A stretch of DNA of 64,000 bases from Perna viridis (taxonomy: Eukaryota): contig CM074513.1 in the NCBI GenBank assembly GCA_037379345.1, forward strand, positions 22,010,001-22,074,000, read 5' to 3'. The first letter of the stretch is position 1. Every line of letters starts with the position of its first letter. The position numbers were made by a program, and so were the translations under genes. The notes under the pieces were generated by a model. That model saw nothing but the letters and a program-made list of their open reading frames with translations, was not told the DNA's origin and did no database searches. Positions 26,008-39,284 of the stretch are shown here, piece after piece.

Positions 26008-29000
26008 GTGAAAGAGTCCTTAACAATGGATCTGAAAAGCTGGCCACTATGGTTGTTGTCAACCCACATTTGGAGACCTTGACTGCTGCATTGAAAAATT
26101 TCCTTACGCTCAGCGCTCCATACAAGCACCTGATCTATGCTGGTCACTTCTTCTCCGGGAATGGTACTTGGGTGTTACAAGACGACACGTTCTCAATCTC
26201 AAATTTCGCTCAAATGTGTAAAGATAAAGAACTAGAGGAGGCACTGAAACAACAAAATGGTGGACAAGTAACATTCTACTTTAGCAAAAGTGGTGAATGG
26301 AAAACTGAAAGTTTGAAAAAATTAGACATTTTCAAAAACTCTGTTGTCAAAGTTAGTAGTGATGAGAAATTAATCGACAATACACATGGAATTTTACAGT
26401 TTGCAACTTACATTGCTAGTTTCATCAATGCCAAAACATCAGAGGAATTACTTAGAACATCTGATGTAGTTGGGAGTATCCGTTTCAACAAGCCAACTTT
26501 GTATATCTTCCCTGGAAGTGAGGGAGATTCTTCCCTCTTTGGTGTTAGTGGATTTAACCTACTGGTAAATGGAGGGTACAGTAGAAAAGCTTGTTTCTGG
26601 GACCTTACAAGACATCTAGATCGTATAGACTCTTTCCTGATGACACATTTAGGTACTGATAATGTGTTTGGAATAAGCACTCTTTTGAAAAGGAAGTGCA
26701 CAGAATATATTCATCCAGAGATAGGATACATGTATTTGAATGGATCAGACAAAGTAAGCCACTCTGCAGTTGTTAATGGTCAGAGTGAGAAGGAGCCTAA
26801 CTTGTGTATTAATCTGTCTGAGGAGGGCAGTAGATTGATAGAATATGCCAAACAACTAGGACATGTTCCACAACCGTGTACACGTCCAATGTCATCACAA
26901 CCATTGCAGCCAATAAATCTATATCATAAAGTTGGTCATGGGTCACTGAACATGTATGTCCTAAATCCTGTCTCAGATAGCAAAGAATTGAAGGACTTTT
27001 ATCAACACTGGAACAAGCATTTGTCTGAACATGGTTCAATGCATCAAATTCCTATTCAGAACCAGTTGTCTGTCTGCACACTGTTGGTATGGCAACCAGC
27101 TGACCTAAATGAGAAGATCACAAGAATATTCTTCCCTGGAAATGCACCACAATACAAAATTCTAGAAGGATTAGAAAAGTTGAAGCATTTAGATATTTTA
27201 AAGCATGCCTCATGTACTGCCAAAGATTTGGAGAGTAAACCAGCATCTGCTGCATCTAAACGAAATTCTCTAGCTGCAAAACCACCTCCAACAAAACCTG
27301 CAAAGTCTACTGAACCAACCACTACCAGAAGTACAAGGCCCACTGCTGATGTTAAGAAGTCCTCTGAGGTTAGAGCTTCAAAATCAAATGATGTCAGAGC
27401 TTCTAAAACCACTGATGTGAAAGCTTCGGCTGAAAAGAAGAAACCAGAACCTAAGAAAACTGAGGTAAAGTCCACACCACCACCAAAGGCTAGGGCTCCA
27501 CCACCTTCTAGAACTAATAAAGTAGCTAAGGAAGATGAAAATAAGAAGACTGCTAAGAAAGATGAAAAAGCTAGCAAGCCAACTAGCAAGACAGCTACAA
27601 CTAAACCTCCAGCTAAAAATGGTACAAAGGAAAAGAAAGAGTCACCAAAAAAATCTCCAGAAAAAGCTGCTGAGAATATTCCAGAAAAACCTGTAGAGAA
27701 GGAGGAGGACAAACCTGAGGTTATTGAAGAACCTCCAAAAGTAGAGAAATCTCCAGTTGTAGAAGAGGCTCCACCTGTAACAGAAGCACCACAAGAAGAG
27801 TCTCCAAAAGTTGAGGAACCTCCAGTAGCTGTTGTTGAACCAATACAAGATAAAGCATTACTTGACCTCTCCCCCAATGAACCAGTTGCTCAACCTGAAG
27901 GGGACGCAGTGACTCCTGAGCAACAGACTCCGGCTGATGAGCCTAGCTCTCAAACATCATCTGATCACCCAAGTCCAGAGGATTTATCTCCAGGAGAGTT
28001 AATGGCTATGTCTGGGTCAGGCTTAGGAAATAAAATGATGGATAGTTTTCATGAGAGTTACCACGGTGATTTGATGTCAAATGGAACACCAACAGAAGAA
28101 CAACAGGGTCAGACTTTAGCAGATTTAGGCATATATGACGACAATGTTGATGTTCAACCTGAAGCTTTACCAGAACCTGTGGCAATTCCACCACAGGAAT
28201 CATCTTTCCCTCCAGACATGATCCCTACAAGTGATAGAAAGAACCAAGAGGAGAAGCCATTGATTTCTGGAATGGCCCCTATCGAACCTGATGTTGTACA
28301 AGGTCTACAGAATGACTACACAACATCCACTCCGTCTGATGAAAGGCCTCCTATGGAATTTGATTCATCAGAAAAGTCTGGCAGCACTGATCCTATTGAA
28401 ACAAGACCACAGGATCCAATGCAGAGGTCTTTCTATGGTGATGACCTTGGTCCAGAAGGTTCCGAGCAGTTTGAGTCCATTACAGAGTCTGAGTCTGCAT
28501 TGTCAAGCAAAACAGGTGCAGATGTTCCTGAGCTTGACCAGACTGCAGAAGATTTAATGCAAAAGAGCCTTGGTGACCAAGATCAGATCTTTGATCAACA
28601 GGCAGATGATGTTGTTGAGGAAACAGAAATGCAAGGAACAAGTCCTCCTGATGTTGTTCAGGTGCAAGAAAAGTTTGAAGAAGAAAATATTGTAGAATCA
28701 GAAACAAAAATGCAAGAAGCCATTCGTGAAGAAGAGGAAGATGAGGAAGTATCTCCAGATGAGAATGACAGCCAAGTTGATGTTAGAGAAAGAAATTTGG
28801 AAGATTTAGAGGAAAACAAGGAAAAATTAGATGAAGAGAAAGCCATTGACGATGAGTCGCCATATGCATTTGAGAACAAAGGCTTTAGTGATGGCGTTGA
28901 GGCTCAAGAGGATTCATCACCAGAAATTCAAGAAAAGGGTTTAAGTGAAGAAAGAGAAGTTCTAGATGAGATGGGAAGTTCACAGGGATCACAAAGTCCA

Positions 29001-30197
29001 GATGAGGGTGTGGTTGAGGACAAGTTTGCTGAAGAAGAGAAGGAATGCACAGAATCACCCACTGAAAGTGGAATTGGCATAACAGTAGACCAAGATGAAC
29101 AATCTCTTACTGAACAACCAGATGAAGAAGTATTAGAGGAGAGCCAATATACTGATTCTCTAGAAGTTTCTAACATTCCAGAAGCTTTTGAGAAAGATGA
29201 GACACCTGATCCTCGTGATGTTCAAGCAGGTCAATCTGACAATTTGATTGACATTCAACCTGAATCTACTGAGAGCCCAATGGAAAACATGGACCCATAT
29301 GATCCATTCTGTTCGACTAGTCCTAAGTTACCTTCCATGCAGCCATCAGATCCTTTGGTACAGTTTGAAGAACAGAGCCAACCAAAGAGTATGTCAAGGT
29401 CACCTGATGACAGACCTATCAATGGCTTTGGTTTTGACCCATATGAACCACAAGCTCAAGATCCATTTGATGGTGCAACAAAGGAAAGTTTTGGTGAAGA
29501 AAAAGAATTGTCCACAAATCCATTTGATCCTGAAGCAGAATGGGGTAAACCGATGGGACTACCTTCACCACCACCCCCAGATGCTGGAGCTAAACCATCA
29601 TCTGCTAAAAAAAACACAAAACCAGATACAGCTAGGAATGGGGCAAAAAAAGAGCCACCAAAAGCTAGAACAGGTCTGAACACATCAGTAAATGGACCCT
29701 CTAAAACCAGTACTTCCAAGGCTAGACCAGCAAGTGCTGTAGAACCTAGAACAAAGCCGGCACCATCTGCTGGGGCAAAACGACCAGTTAGTGCAAATGT
29801 ATCAAGTCGATCAAGTCCTGCTACTAAGTCTCCTCCTCTTCCTCCATTTACACCATTTTATGTTGATCTTACATACATACCCAATCATGGAAATCCATCA
29901 TATAGCGACATAGAATTCTTCAAACGTATTAGAGCTAGATATTATGTTCTTAGCACTTTGTCACCAAATCCACAGACCCTAACAGCACTTATGGAGGCCA
30001 AAGAAACATGGGAGAACAAAAATGCAGAAGTCACATTGATACCAACTTATGATAATGATACACTTCGACATTGGATGGGTCTTAACCGTGATAAATTAAA
30101 CGAGCTTAATATTGATCTAGCTCCATCTGCTAGTCGCTGCACCATTCATCTTCAAGACCATGAAACAAGCTGCTCAGCCTATAGATTAGAGTTCTAA
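26008..30197 (+). CDS. futsch: MAP1/futsch-like, 4.19 kb terminal coding exon: conserved N-terminal domain, basic K/P-rich region, acidic region, C-terminal light-chain domain
   Basis: Acceptor tttattttcAG at 26007, then (G)ERVLNNGSEKLAT into the 1382-aa ORF. MAP1 hallmarks: PTLYIFPGSEGDSSLFGVSGFNLLVNGG, CFWDLTRHLDRID, RIFFPGNAPQYKILEGLEKLKHLD, and light chain FYVDLTYIPNHG...FFKRIRARYYVLS...VTLIPTYD...CSAYRLEF. Confidence 0.97.
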
Positions 30198-33100
30198 ATG
30201 TGATATATTGAAAACTTTACATTGACCAATTTAGTGTGAGCTTTGAGTTGATACTCACCAGCAACACATTTGATGTGATTTTTTTTTCCAGTCATTTTTG
30301 CCATAGTTGACAATTTCAAGCAATATTTGGACTGATTTTTATCACAATGTACCTGTAAGCTGAAAAGGAGAATAACAACTAATACTTGATCATAATTTTA
30401 TATGGAAGTGAATTTCTCAAAGAACTTTTATATATAGGAACTAATAATATTTATTGTCTGTAAAAGGAAAGGAGTGATGTTATAACTTAATTCTAAAATA
30501 AGAAGTTTCATATACACAAACATTTGAGAATGATAGTGATTTTATTACACTACCAAGTAAAAAACATATTTTCTAAAGTACATTGAACATTTTTTTTCTT
30601 AATTATAATTACATGAGTTGTGTTGGTAATTCAATATTAAACTGAGTGAAGGAACAAAGCACAGTTACATGAATCATGTTCATTATTAAGCATAAGCTGT
30701 TCAAGTTTTACAGTAATCAGTTGTGACAATATGACTATTCTGTTTCTCTGTTATTATTAGATGCTATCACAATGTGCAATAGAAAAGCATTTGCTTTAAT
30801 GTTATGAACAATCATGTGCTAATGTTTATTATATGTTTGTGATATTTTCTACATTTTTATCTGGAGAAAACACATCTTTTGTCAATCATGTATTATTTTG
30901 TTTATTTGATATTCAGATAAGATTATTTACATAATGATAGAATTAAGACTTTTTCTCCTGTTAAGATAGCTACACTATGGTTCACATGGGTTTTGTCATT
31001 TCCCCCTTCCACTGTGTTTCAGAAAATATGGTAAAATTTGTCTATACTAAACCAGATTTGTTCTGTATAGGCAGGTGTTTAAACATGTTAAAATGCATTG
31101 AAATGTATAAAAAGGACTTTGGAAGATGCCTGATACCAGTAGAATTCTGGGTTATTTTTCATGGGTTTTGTTTTGACAGGTTTCACAGTGTAAATGTACA
31201 ATCTTGATATTTCATGAAGTTACTTTGAACTTTTACTTTAATTAAGAATTGGCTATGATAAAAATTTTGTCTATTGAAAAATAACATAAATTTTCCACGT
31301 GCATATTGTTTATTGTGCAAAGTGCAATAAACAAAATATGCACATGGAAAATTTATGTTATTTTTCAACAGACAAAATGTTTATCATAGCCAATTCTTAT
31401 ACATTAATCTTAAAACATAGTTTTATCTTTAAACAGGAGAAAAGTAGCTCTGAATTAAATTGAATGAGGGTGTGTCAATATTTTTTTTATCCATTGAGAT
31501 ATAACAAAATTATTTTAACCAATCAGATTACAGTATTTATTTCAAATTAATTTATATCTAAATAGATGCGTCCCTTCTTCTTAGAATGACAAAATTCAGC
31601 AGAACTGATGTGTAACAATCTACAAAGAGTTCATTTATTCATGTACAAAAACTTTATAGGGCTCATGCAAGTCCAAGGACTTTAATTTTTTCACTACTGA
31701 GGAAAATGTTGAGGACAATTTCGTGATATTTGTAACTGTATTTCTGTAAGAGCCTTATTTCATGAATGAGTCAATGGTTTATATATATGGTCGGGTGATA
31801 TTCATGTAGTTTTGTTGTAATGTGAAAGTATGGCTGCCATGTTCAAGGATTCTCCCTATTCTTTATGGGATTAGAATATTTCTAAATGTTATGTTTGTAT
31901 TCATGGGGCTTCCCATTTCATTTAAGTTTTCAGGTTGAGTTAATGTAGAAATTTTTTAGTTAAAATATTTTGGTCTGAACATTTACAGACTGATTAACTC
32001 ACTTTTTAAAGTGCAAGTCTTTGATTTATGGCTAATTCTTATCAATTTTAGTAGGACTATTCATGGTTACTAGGTAAGCACTTTCTATTCTTATATAAAG
32101 TTTACAAGCCTTCCTTGAGAAAATTTCACTTTCAACAGTGTAATCAATATCATTTTTTACTACTCTTAATAAATCTAAATAAATCTACTGAAAACCTTTA
32201 TGCAATATGTACATTAAACACTTCAAAATTTGTGACAAACAGATTTTTGAAATTATCTATAGACTGTATGCCAGTAGTTTTCGTATACATGTTCATGCAA
32301 TATGTTAGTCATATGCATAGAATTTATATATCTATTGAAGTATGAAATAATTTTTGTGAAGTCAGTGGGAAAAGTGTCAACAGCTTGTGTGACCAGTATT
32401 ATGAATATATATTTTTTCTTTTTATAGCTTCAATGATATACTATGGGGATGGGAATTGTATGAGAGAATTCTCTTTGATATCAACCATAATATTAAATAA
32501 AGTTTTTTTACATTTGTACAGATTTATTAGGAAATCATTGATATAAAAAAAATTTGAAAGATAAAATTGAGAAAAATGCATTTGTTGCTGAGAAAATGTG
32601 GTTGTCATGGGGACCATTTTAATTGAGTGTTGGTTTCCCTTTTTGTAGAAGTTTGTGACTTTTTTTTCATTAAAATTTACCCTTTTTTTCTCATTTTTTT
32701 CTATTATATTATTGATTGGCTGTGAATATAACCCCCTTACTTATAAGGTTGGAAGGTAATTTTCTTAGACACAAGAGTGTAATCATGTATATAATACTGG
32801 GATCATTGAGCTTACAAATTATGCTTCAACTTGTTTATGCTAATGTATATCTTCATGTTTGTTGCTTTCCAACACATCTGCCCTTTGTGGCTGATACAGT
32901 AATGTGTCAAACTTATAAATACATGTACAAGTTTTGTTATACAAGTAGTGCTATATGCTTAAGTTCTAGTCATGACTAAAACAGTTTAAAATGGTTGTAA
33001 TTTTTCCTGTATAACAAATAGGAGAAGAATCTCAAAGATATTATGTATTAGATAAGATAATTCAAACGTATTTTGGCGATGATGTCATTTTCTTTGATTA

Positions 33101-33840
33101 TTACTGATAGAATTGGACAATGTTGATAAGTTTTCAAGTGTTTCCAAATGACATGATAAAGTTTGAAGCCTTTGTGCACTTTATATATGGTTTGTCTTCT
33201 ATCACTGAAATAGATTTGAAAAGTTTACTAGAATTAGATACCAACTTTTTTGTGATTTTTAATATGATTTTCATTATTATTTATGTAAAAATAAAAAAAA
33301 ATTGTAGAGAAAAGTTTTTTTTCAATTTCTAGAAAATACCTTATATTTACTTTTTTTCTTTTCAGTAACACTGTTTTATTTAAGTTTTGGCAGAAAGAAA
33401 ATTCTCAAATTATCATTTCTCCCAGAAATTATCATAATATTGCCATACCTGATCACATGTAAGGGGAGATAAATCATGTCCATTTACATTTTTTGGGAAG
33501 TCTCAAAACATAAATGTTGTGGAAAGTGTCATTACTATAAGTTAATGTTGTTAAATTATATAAAAGAATGATTGTGTGAATAAGACTTGTATATTTAAAG
33601 TAGTTGAAAAAAATTTACACTTATTGTCTATGCATTTTTATTTGCTACATTTTTTCTTACTAAAGTTTATACATGTTATACATAATTGGAATTTGATGCT
33701 GTTGGACCGCCACGCCTTTTTTATTTTCATTCCGTTCTGTTTTGTGTGTTAATTGCCTATTTGCATTGTTGTACATGTTAAATATTCTATGTGAACTACT
33801 AATATTGGCAAACATTAAATGTGCCTAAGAAATGTTGGTT
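30198..33840 (+). other. Putative long 3' UTR of MAP1/futsch (end uncertain)
   Basis: T-rich non-coding sequence after the stop; candidate poly(A) signals AATAAA ~32496 and ATTAAA 33814-33819, the latter followed by GT/T-rich sequence. Confidence 0.45.
31243..31399. repeat. Near-perfect foldback palindrome (~75-bp arms, ~3-nt loop), probably transposon-derived
   Basis: taagaattggctatgataaaa...ttattgtgc-aaa-gtgcaataa...tttatcatagccaattctta. Confidence 0.92.
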
Positions 33841-34189
33841 AGAGTTTATTTTTATGCCTAAATTAGCCTGATGCATGGAGAAGGACTTGATAATTGGATA
33901 GAATACCAGTAGTTTCTGGGCAAATTTTATACATATTGAGTTCACTCAATGTAATCTTGGTAGTGGAAATAACTAATGCTGAAATGAATACAAGTCACAG
34001 GTTTGGTCATGGTTAAAAATAATTGAGAGTGCAAGATAAAATCTCCAACACCCTAGGGTAGGATTTTAAGCTCAATTATGGGGCTGTGCTGAGTCAAAAG
34101 TATATTGGTGCAAGGAAATCTCACACGACTAACAAGAGAATATTCTTGCTGCAAAAAAGAAAAAAACATACCCTTAGTGAAACTTTTAT

Positions 34190-34987
34190 TAGTTAATTTC
34201 CCAAAAAACTATAACTGGGTTTAGTCTTGTGTATTAAATAAAATGATTTGAAGGGTGCAGCTTGATATGACCATAGAGGTTGAACCCTGAAAAGCTGGGG
34301 CAAGTATGGACACGCCATTAAAGCTTGATATGTCTCTGAATTTGGATTGTGATTAAAAATTCGACACAAGAAAAGAATTCGATCAGTCTTGTTCCTCAAT
34401 GGTCACAATCCCTCAAATCAATCCTAACCTGCCTTTAGGGGAAAGAGATCCATTCACTTTCACTCAAGTTATGTGTACATCTGTAAAATGGTTTGTTTCT
34501 GGTCCTTCATTCCTTATTGGTTAAAGTCGTAATCCCCAAAAATCAATCCTAGCAATCATTTTATGTGGTATGGCACCTAGTAGTTCAATGGAATCATTCA
34601 CTTAGTCATGTTATTGTGCTGATATCATGAAAATGCTCTGGCCCCTAATTTGTAAACAGATCTAATATTAATAACTCCCAAAATAAATCCCAGTCTTCCT
34701 TCGGTGATATGACACCCAATGGTATGATAGCAAAGAGATTTGTTACATTACAGTAAAGTTATTGTCCAGACTTCATAAAAACGCAAGTTTCTAGTCCTAA
34801 TTCCTACAACAGTTCCAGTCACAACCCCAAAAAATCTATCCCAAGCTCCCACTGGTGGTGTGGCACCTTGTGGTATTATTTCTTAAAGATCTAAACACTT
34901 GTATTCCATGTTATTGTCCAGATATGAAGTGTCTACAGACAACAACACAACAGCATGATACCTGTGGATTTTTTTGGTCATATACAA
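34190..34987 (-). mobile_element. Same HINE-type family (copy C, inverted, intergenic)
   Basis: Reverse-complement monomers (ccccaaaaatcaatcc...gtggtatggcacct...gttattgtccaga). Confidence 0.65.
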
Positions 34988-35209
34988 TTTAAATGAATCT
35001 CACTTAAGGTGATGAATGATTAACACATTCTCCACAAAATCTAGAGTGCTTTAAAAAAAGCAACATCTTACAATTCAGAAATGTAATATGGTTAAATCAT
35101 AAAAACAAGGCATGAAATCAAAGAATCATTAAATTCTCCCTTTATGTACAACACCTTCATAGGCTAAACTAAAAACACAAAGCAACCACCAATAGACTGC
35201 ATTAACAAT

Positions 35210-35540
35210 TAATCTACATTCAGCTCATCTGTAATATAGTACCCCAACACATCCATCACCATAAAACTCTTGAATATGGATTCTGTAAAAGTTTCATTAA
35301 ATTCAATTCGGGGACAGTAGAAGTAATGGATTAGAGATGGGTACTCCTGTGTCCCCATATTCATAAATGACATAATTTATGTTTTTGCTATGTGAAACTT
35401 CAAAAATTATTTTTATCATAATCTAAAATGAGACATGCACAATGGGAACATGTAATAAAGATTCTGTGAAAATTTCATTTAATTCCATTCAGTGGTGTAG
35501 GAAGAGTAAATGATACGAGATGCATACCCCTCTGTGTAAC
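35210..35540 (+). mobile_element. HINE-type element body whose terminus seeds the tandem array
   Basis: Two monomers with gattctgt.aaa.tttcatt.aattc...gtaggaagagt; related fragments at ~62300-62430 and ~62940-63090. Confidence 0.55.
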
Positions 35541-36108
35541 AAGGAAGGAAGTACGGACACTTCTATTACTATATACCCTCACTTTGCAGTAACAGAAGGA
35601 AGTACATATATTCCTATCACTATATACCCTCACTTTGCAGTAACAGAAGGAAGTACAGACACTCCTATCACTATATACCCTTAGTATGCAGTAACAGAAG
35701 GAAGGAAGGAAATACAGATACTCCTATCATTATATACCCTCAATTTGCAGTAACAGATGGACGGAAGGAAGTACAGATACTCCTTTCACTATATACCGTC
35801 ACTTTGCAGTAACAGACGGAAGTACAGATACTCCTTTCACTATATACCCTCACACTGCAGTAACAGAAGAAAGGAAGTACAGAGACTTCTATCACTATAT
35901 ACCCTAACTTTGCAATAACAGAAGGAAGTACAGATACTCCTGTCACTATATACCCTTACTTTGCAGTAACAGAATGGAGGAAGGAAGGAAGGAAGTACAG
36001 ATACTCCTGTCACTATATACCCTTACTTTGCAGTAACAGAATGAAGGAAGGAAGGAAGTACAGATACTCCTATCACTATATACCCTCACTTTGCAAGATG
36101 TGGTATAG
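35537..36108 (+). repeat. Tandem array of 10 units, 51-bp core plus variable (GGAA)n
   Basis: Consensus aaggaagtacagatactcctatcactatataccctcactttgcagtaacag; complete units of 51, 55, 59 and 67 bp. Confidence 0.95.
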
Positions 36109-36419
36109 TAAGAGGCATGAAGAAAGACATCGACTATAACTTTCTTGTTTATTTTGTATAAAATAAGCCCCATAAAAGGCTTTAAACAAATACTATTTGT
36201 AATCAACTATATATAAAATCAAACATGCTATAGAATAGACATCACTCATTCACATATACACTATTATACACAGCTCTCAACTTATAAATGTATCTAAAAG
36301 CACAAGTATACTTCATTCATTTATAAAAAAAAAGTAACAAATTACATTCACGTCATGTGACAGAAACATGAACTGGTAACCCACTGTGTAACTGAACAGT
36401 GAATCAGACCACAGTGGTG

Positions 36420-36604
36420 AGGCCAAAGAAAATTTCATGCTTGTCTCCTGTTCCAGACCCATCTGCCCAATATATTTTTTTCTTCAAATTACTGGTATTT
36501 CTACTCTATTATGAAGTGTTCTAACCAACATATGAGGAATGTTTTTAAAAGTTTCAATTGTAGTCTGCATTTTTTAGAATTGAAACAGGAAACTAATTTG
36601 GCCT
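36420..36604. mobile_element. MITE with AGGCCAAA...TTTGGCCT termini
   Basis: aggccaaa...tctcctgttcca / tgaaacaggaaa...tttggcct. Confidence 0.55.
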
Positions 36605-37089
36605 GTTAGATCTTGTTTACCATCTCTTCATATTTTATGTTGATATTCTAAATCAGTCAAAAAGAAATAAACATTGAAACAATTCTTGTTATTGCAAGAA
36701 TAACAACATGACACTCTATTTAGTAAAGAGGATGTCTCAATTCAGAAATTAATTAATCTTCAAAATCTTGTTTACATAATAAGTTATTGCATTTGAAAAA
36801 AAATAATAAGAGTAAACATATGCTCTTAAAAAACAAAAATACTCGAAAATATAATTTTATGAAGTACAGAACTGAAAGTACTTGAAATGTAAACAAGATA
36901 CTTGAGCAGACATTATATTTTTTCTTTAAATTTCTTTTTCTTTAAAACCTACAAACCTTTAAATTTGACCCCTATCAACCTTTACCAATGGTTTCAAATA
37001 CAAGAATACTTTTCATAATAAAATTAACATAGAAATGAGAGAGGGTGTTATTAAGTGTCAGTCTCTCTGAGAATCAGGCAGTGGGGCAA

Positions 37090-37446
37090 ACATGGTATGA
37101 AAAGACCCACCATTTTGAAGGTTTAAAATTTGACTATTTGCACCATCAGAATTTAGAGAAAAAAGACAAGATTTTCCATATCATGTCGGTTAATTGAGTT
37201 ATAATTTCATTGAAATGCACTGAAAATGAACATTTCAGGGGTAGATAACTCTGTGGAAAACCTCATTTTTCTGACAACTTTATTGAAATATTTCTGAGCA
37301 AATCTAGTGATGTAGAGATCAAATATTAGTGTTTTAAAATAGAGAAAGGATCCTTAAGTGAAATTATATTGGTAGACCAGTGGGGTTTTGACATGCATGT
37401 TTCTTATTTTTCCCGTTTTGCCTGATTCTTACAAAAACTTACACTT
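37090..37446 (+). mobile_element. ~350-bp dispersed repeat, copy 2
   Basis: See 18545-18898; the terminus resembles that of the ~200-bp family. Confidence 0.8.
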
Positions 37447-38146
37447 CATTAATCAAAATATATCATGCATACTGAAATGGAGATACAAATGAAAATTTCC
37501 TCATATCTTTGCATAGATATACTACTCTATTGTAAAAATTGGTAGCAAATAAAATATTCGGATTGTGCAACACATTGCAACTTGCCATAATAATTTGCAT
37601 ACAATAGTAAGCCCTGCCTAACAACTATGCTTGGATTTTTAATTTCATGTGTGAATGTATGTCTCTATCAGTAAGTGAAGAAAATGAGTGTACAAAAATG
37701 AGTATGAAAGCTATTTGCCTATAAGTTTAATTATCAAATTGGTCTATAAATCTTTTTTGCAAAAAAAATCAAAAGAATAACTCAACTGCATACAAGAAAA
37801 TCATAAAAACAAGGGAGCTGATACTGTTTTATTTCAATCTATATTGGAATTCTAATGCAATTATACTTCAACTTCAACAAATTGACTGGATGTTAAAAAA
37901 ATCCTAGTTCCTCTATAAAAAAGAACACCTTGAAGTATTATTTCATACATTGTTGTTACCTAAAATAAAATTATTGCAATAACTACATCTTCAATACATG
38001 TATTTGATTTGAAGAGGTGGGAGGGCATTGCAAAACAGTTGTCAACGTAACATAAAAACTTCAATAACAGAATCAGCTACCAACATAATGTAACTACAGG
38101 ATTTGGCTTTCCTATAGTCATAATGCTAAAAAAGACAACTATTCAA

Positions 38147-38326
38147 TACTGTGAAAGTACTTTAACTTGTTGATAGGGAAGAAACACTGGTCCGTGGGTT
38201 CTTGAATTCATGATTTTGAGGTTTTCGGTATATGCATCAATGGGAGCCTCCTTTTCATTGGGAACCAAATTTCGTGGTTGAAAACCATGAAAATTGATAC
38301 CCATGAATGACAGTACTTTCACAGTA
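38147..38326. mobile_element. Tc1/mariner-type MITE
   Basis: Perfect 15-bp inverted termini tactgtgaaagtact / agtactttcacagta including the TA target; a related end occurs at ~15525-15566. Confidence 0.8.
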
Positions 38327-39213
38327 CTTCACATAAAAAAATTGAAGATAGCATGCAACTGTAAAGCACTGAAAACAATACACATGCAAAATATAAACAT
38401 TTAGCACTATTTTAAAATCATAATTTGTTGTTCACACATAGGCATGTGTACCAAAAAAAATCTCTGCTTTTCTACTTCTATAAATATGCTAAGAATAAAA
38501 ATTCTTGTAAGAGCTATGCAAGAACCAAAACAGATTGCCATATCATTGGTGAAGTAAAAATCCTCTAAATTCTCTAAAAAGGTAATTTGAATGGAGGAGA
38601 GTAAAAGAAGGTGCAATGTTTTCATTTAACTCTTCAATTCAGTAACAGCAAGACATAGAAATCATAAGGAAAAAAGGTCTTTTGAAAAGAGATTTTTTAA
38701 AAGTATTTGATTGTAATCAGAATTATTAGGTTAAGTCAGTACATAAAGAATCATTCTTTGTATTTGATCTCCATATCAAAAATTTTTTGTTTAATCCGTA
38801 ACTTCAAACACTGACCAGACAACAAAATGTATGTCAACAACATATGCAAAAAAATCAAGAATTGGCAATATCAGTAATTCATTATTCTACAGATTTTGAT
38901 AATGTTTTTTTTTTTCCTTAATAATCTTTCTTCATACCTTGAACCTAAAACAAAACTCTTTAAAATGAAATCTTGAGTCATACAAAAAGCAATAAATCTA
39001 TGCATTTTTACAATTATGCATAAGTAATGAACAGTAATGTAATACTTAGTTTCAACAATTATGAATGTATTGAAAACCATAGTTTTAAAAGAAAAAAAAG
39101 ACAATTTGACTTGTATTGCTCACACAACTGGTTTGCATAGTCTCACAACTTATCAAGTGTATCTGCCATTCATCAAAGGGACACAACTCAATCATACTGC
39201 AAGGGATATAACT

Positions 39214-39284
39214 CTATGGAGGGGGATATGGTTGATGCTGTATTGGTGCCCCTTGTGGAACTTGTGTCTGTGATGGATAGATGG
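39214..39284 (-). CDS. ZNF608: ZNF608/609 homolog, last coding exon
   Basis: Acceptor ttttttttatttcAG at 39285; phase-1 reading (S)IYPSQTQVPQGAPIQHQPYPPP* with P/Q/Y composition continuing the C-terminus; spliced CDS totals 4146 nt = 1381 aa. Absent from the ORF track. Confidence 0.85.

Larger units (their letters stand above)
36130..39213 (-). other. Putative long 3' UTR of ZNF608/609 (end uncertain)
   Basis: T-rich on the minus strand after the stop; AATAAA on minus at 36148-36153, with other candidates upstream such as ~37829. Confidence 0.35.

Noticed and set aside
26049-26051. ATG at 26049 as the MAP1 start
   Set aside because: MAP1 homology continues through two upstream exons that splice in frame.
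27056-27877. 273-aa antisense ORF and other ORFs overlapping the two large exons
   Set aside because: Shadow ORFs of low-complexity K/E/P/S coding sequence; no independent signals.
35537-36108. Repeat array as a CRISPR-like locus
   Set aside because: No unique spacers (variation is only GGAA copy number and SNPs), no cas genes, eukaryotic context.
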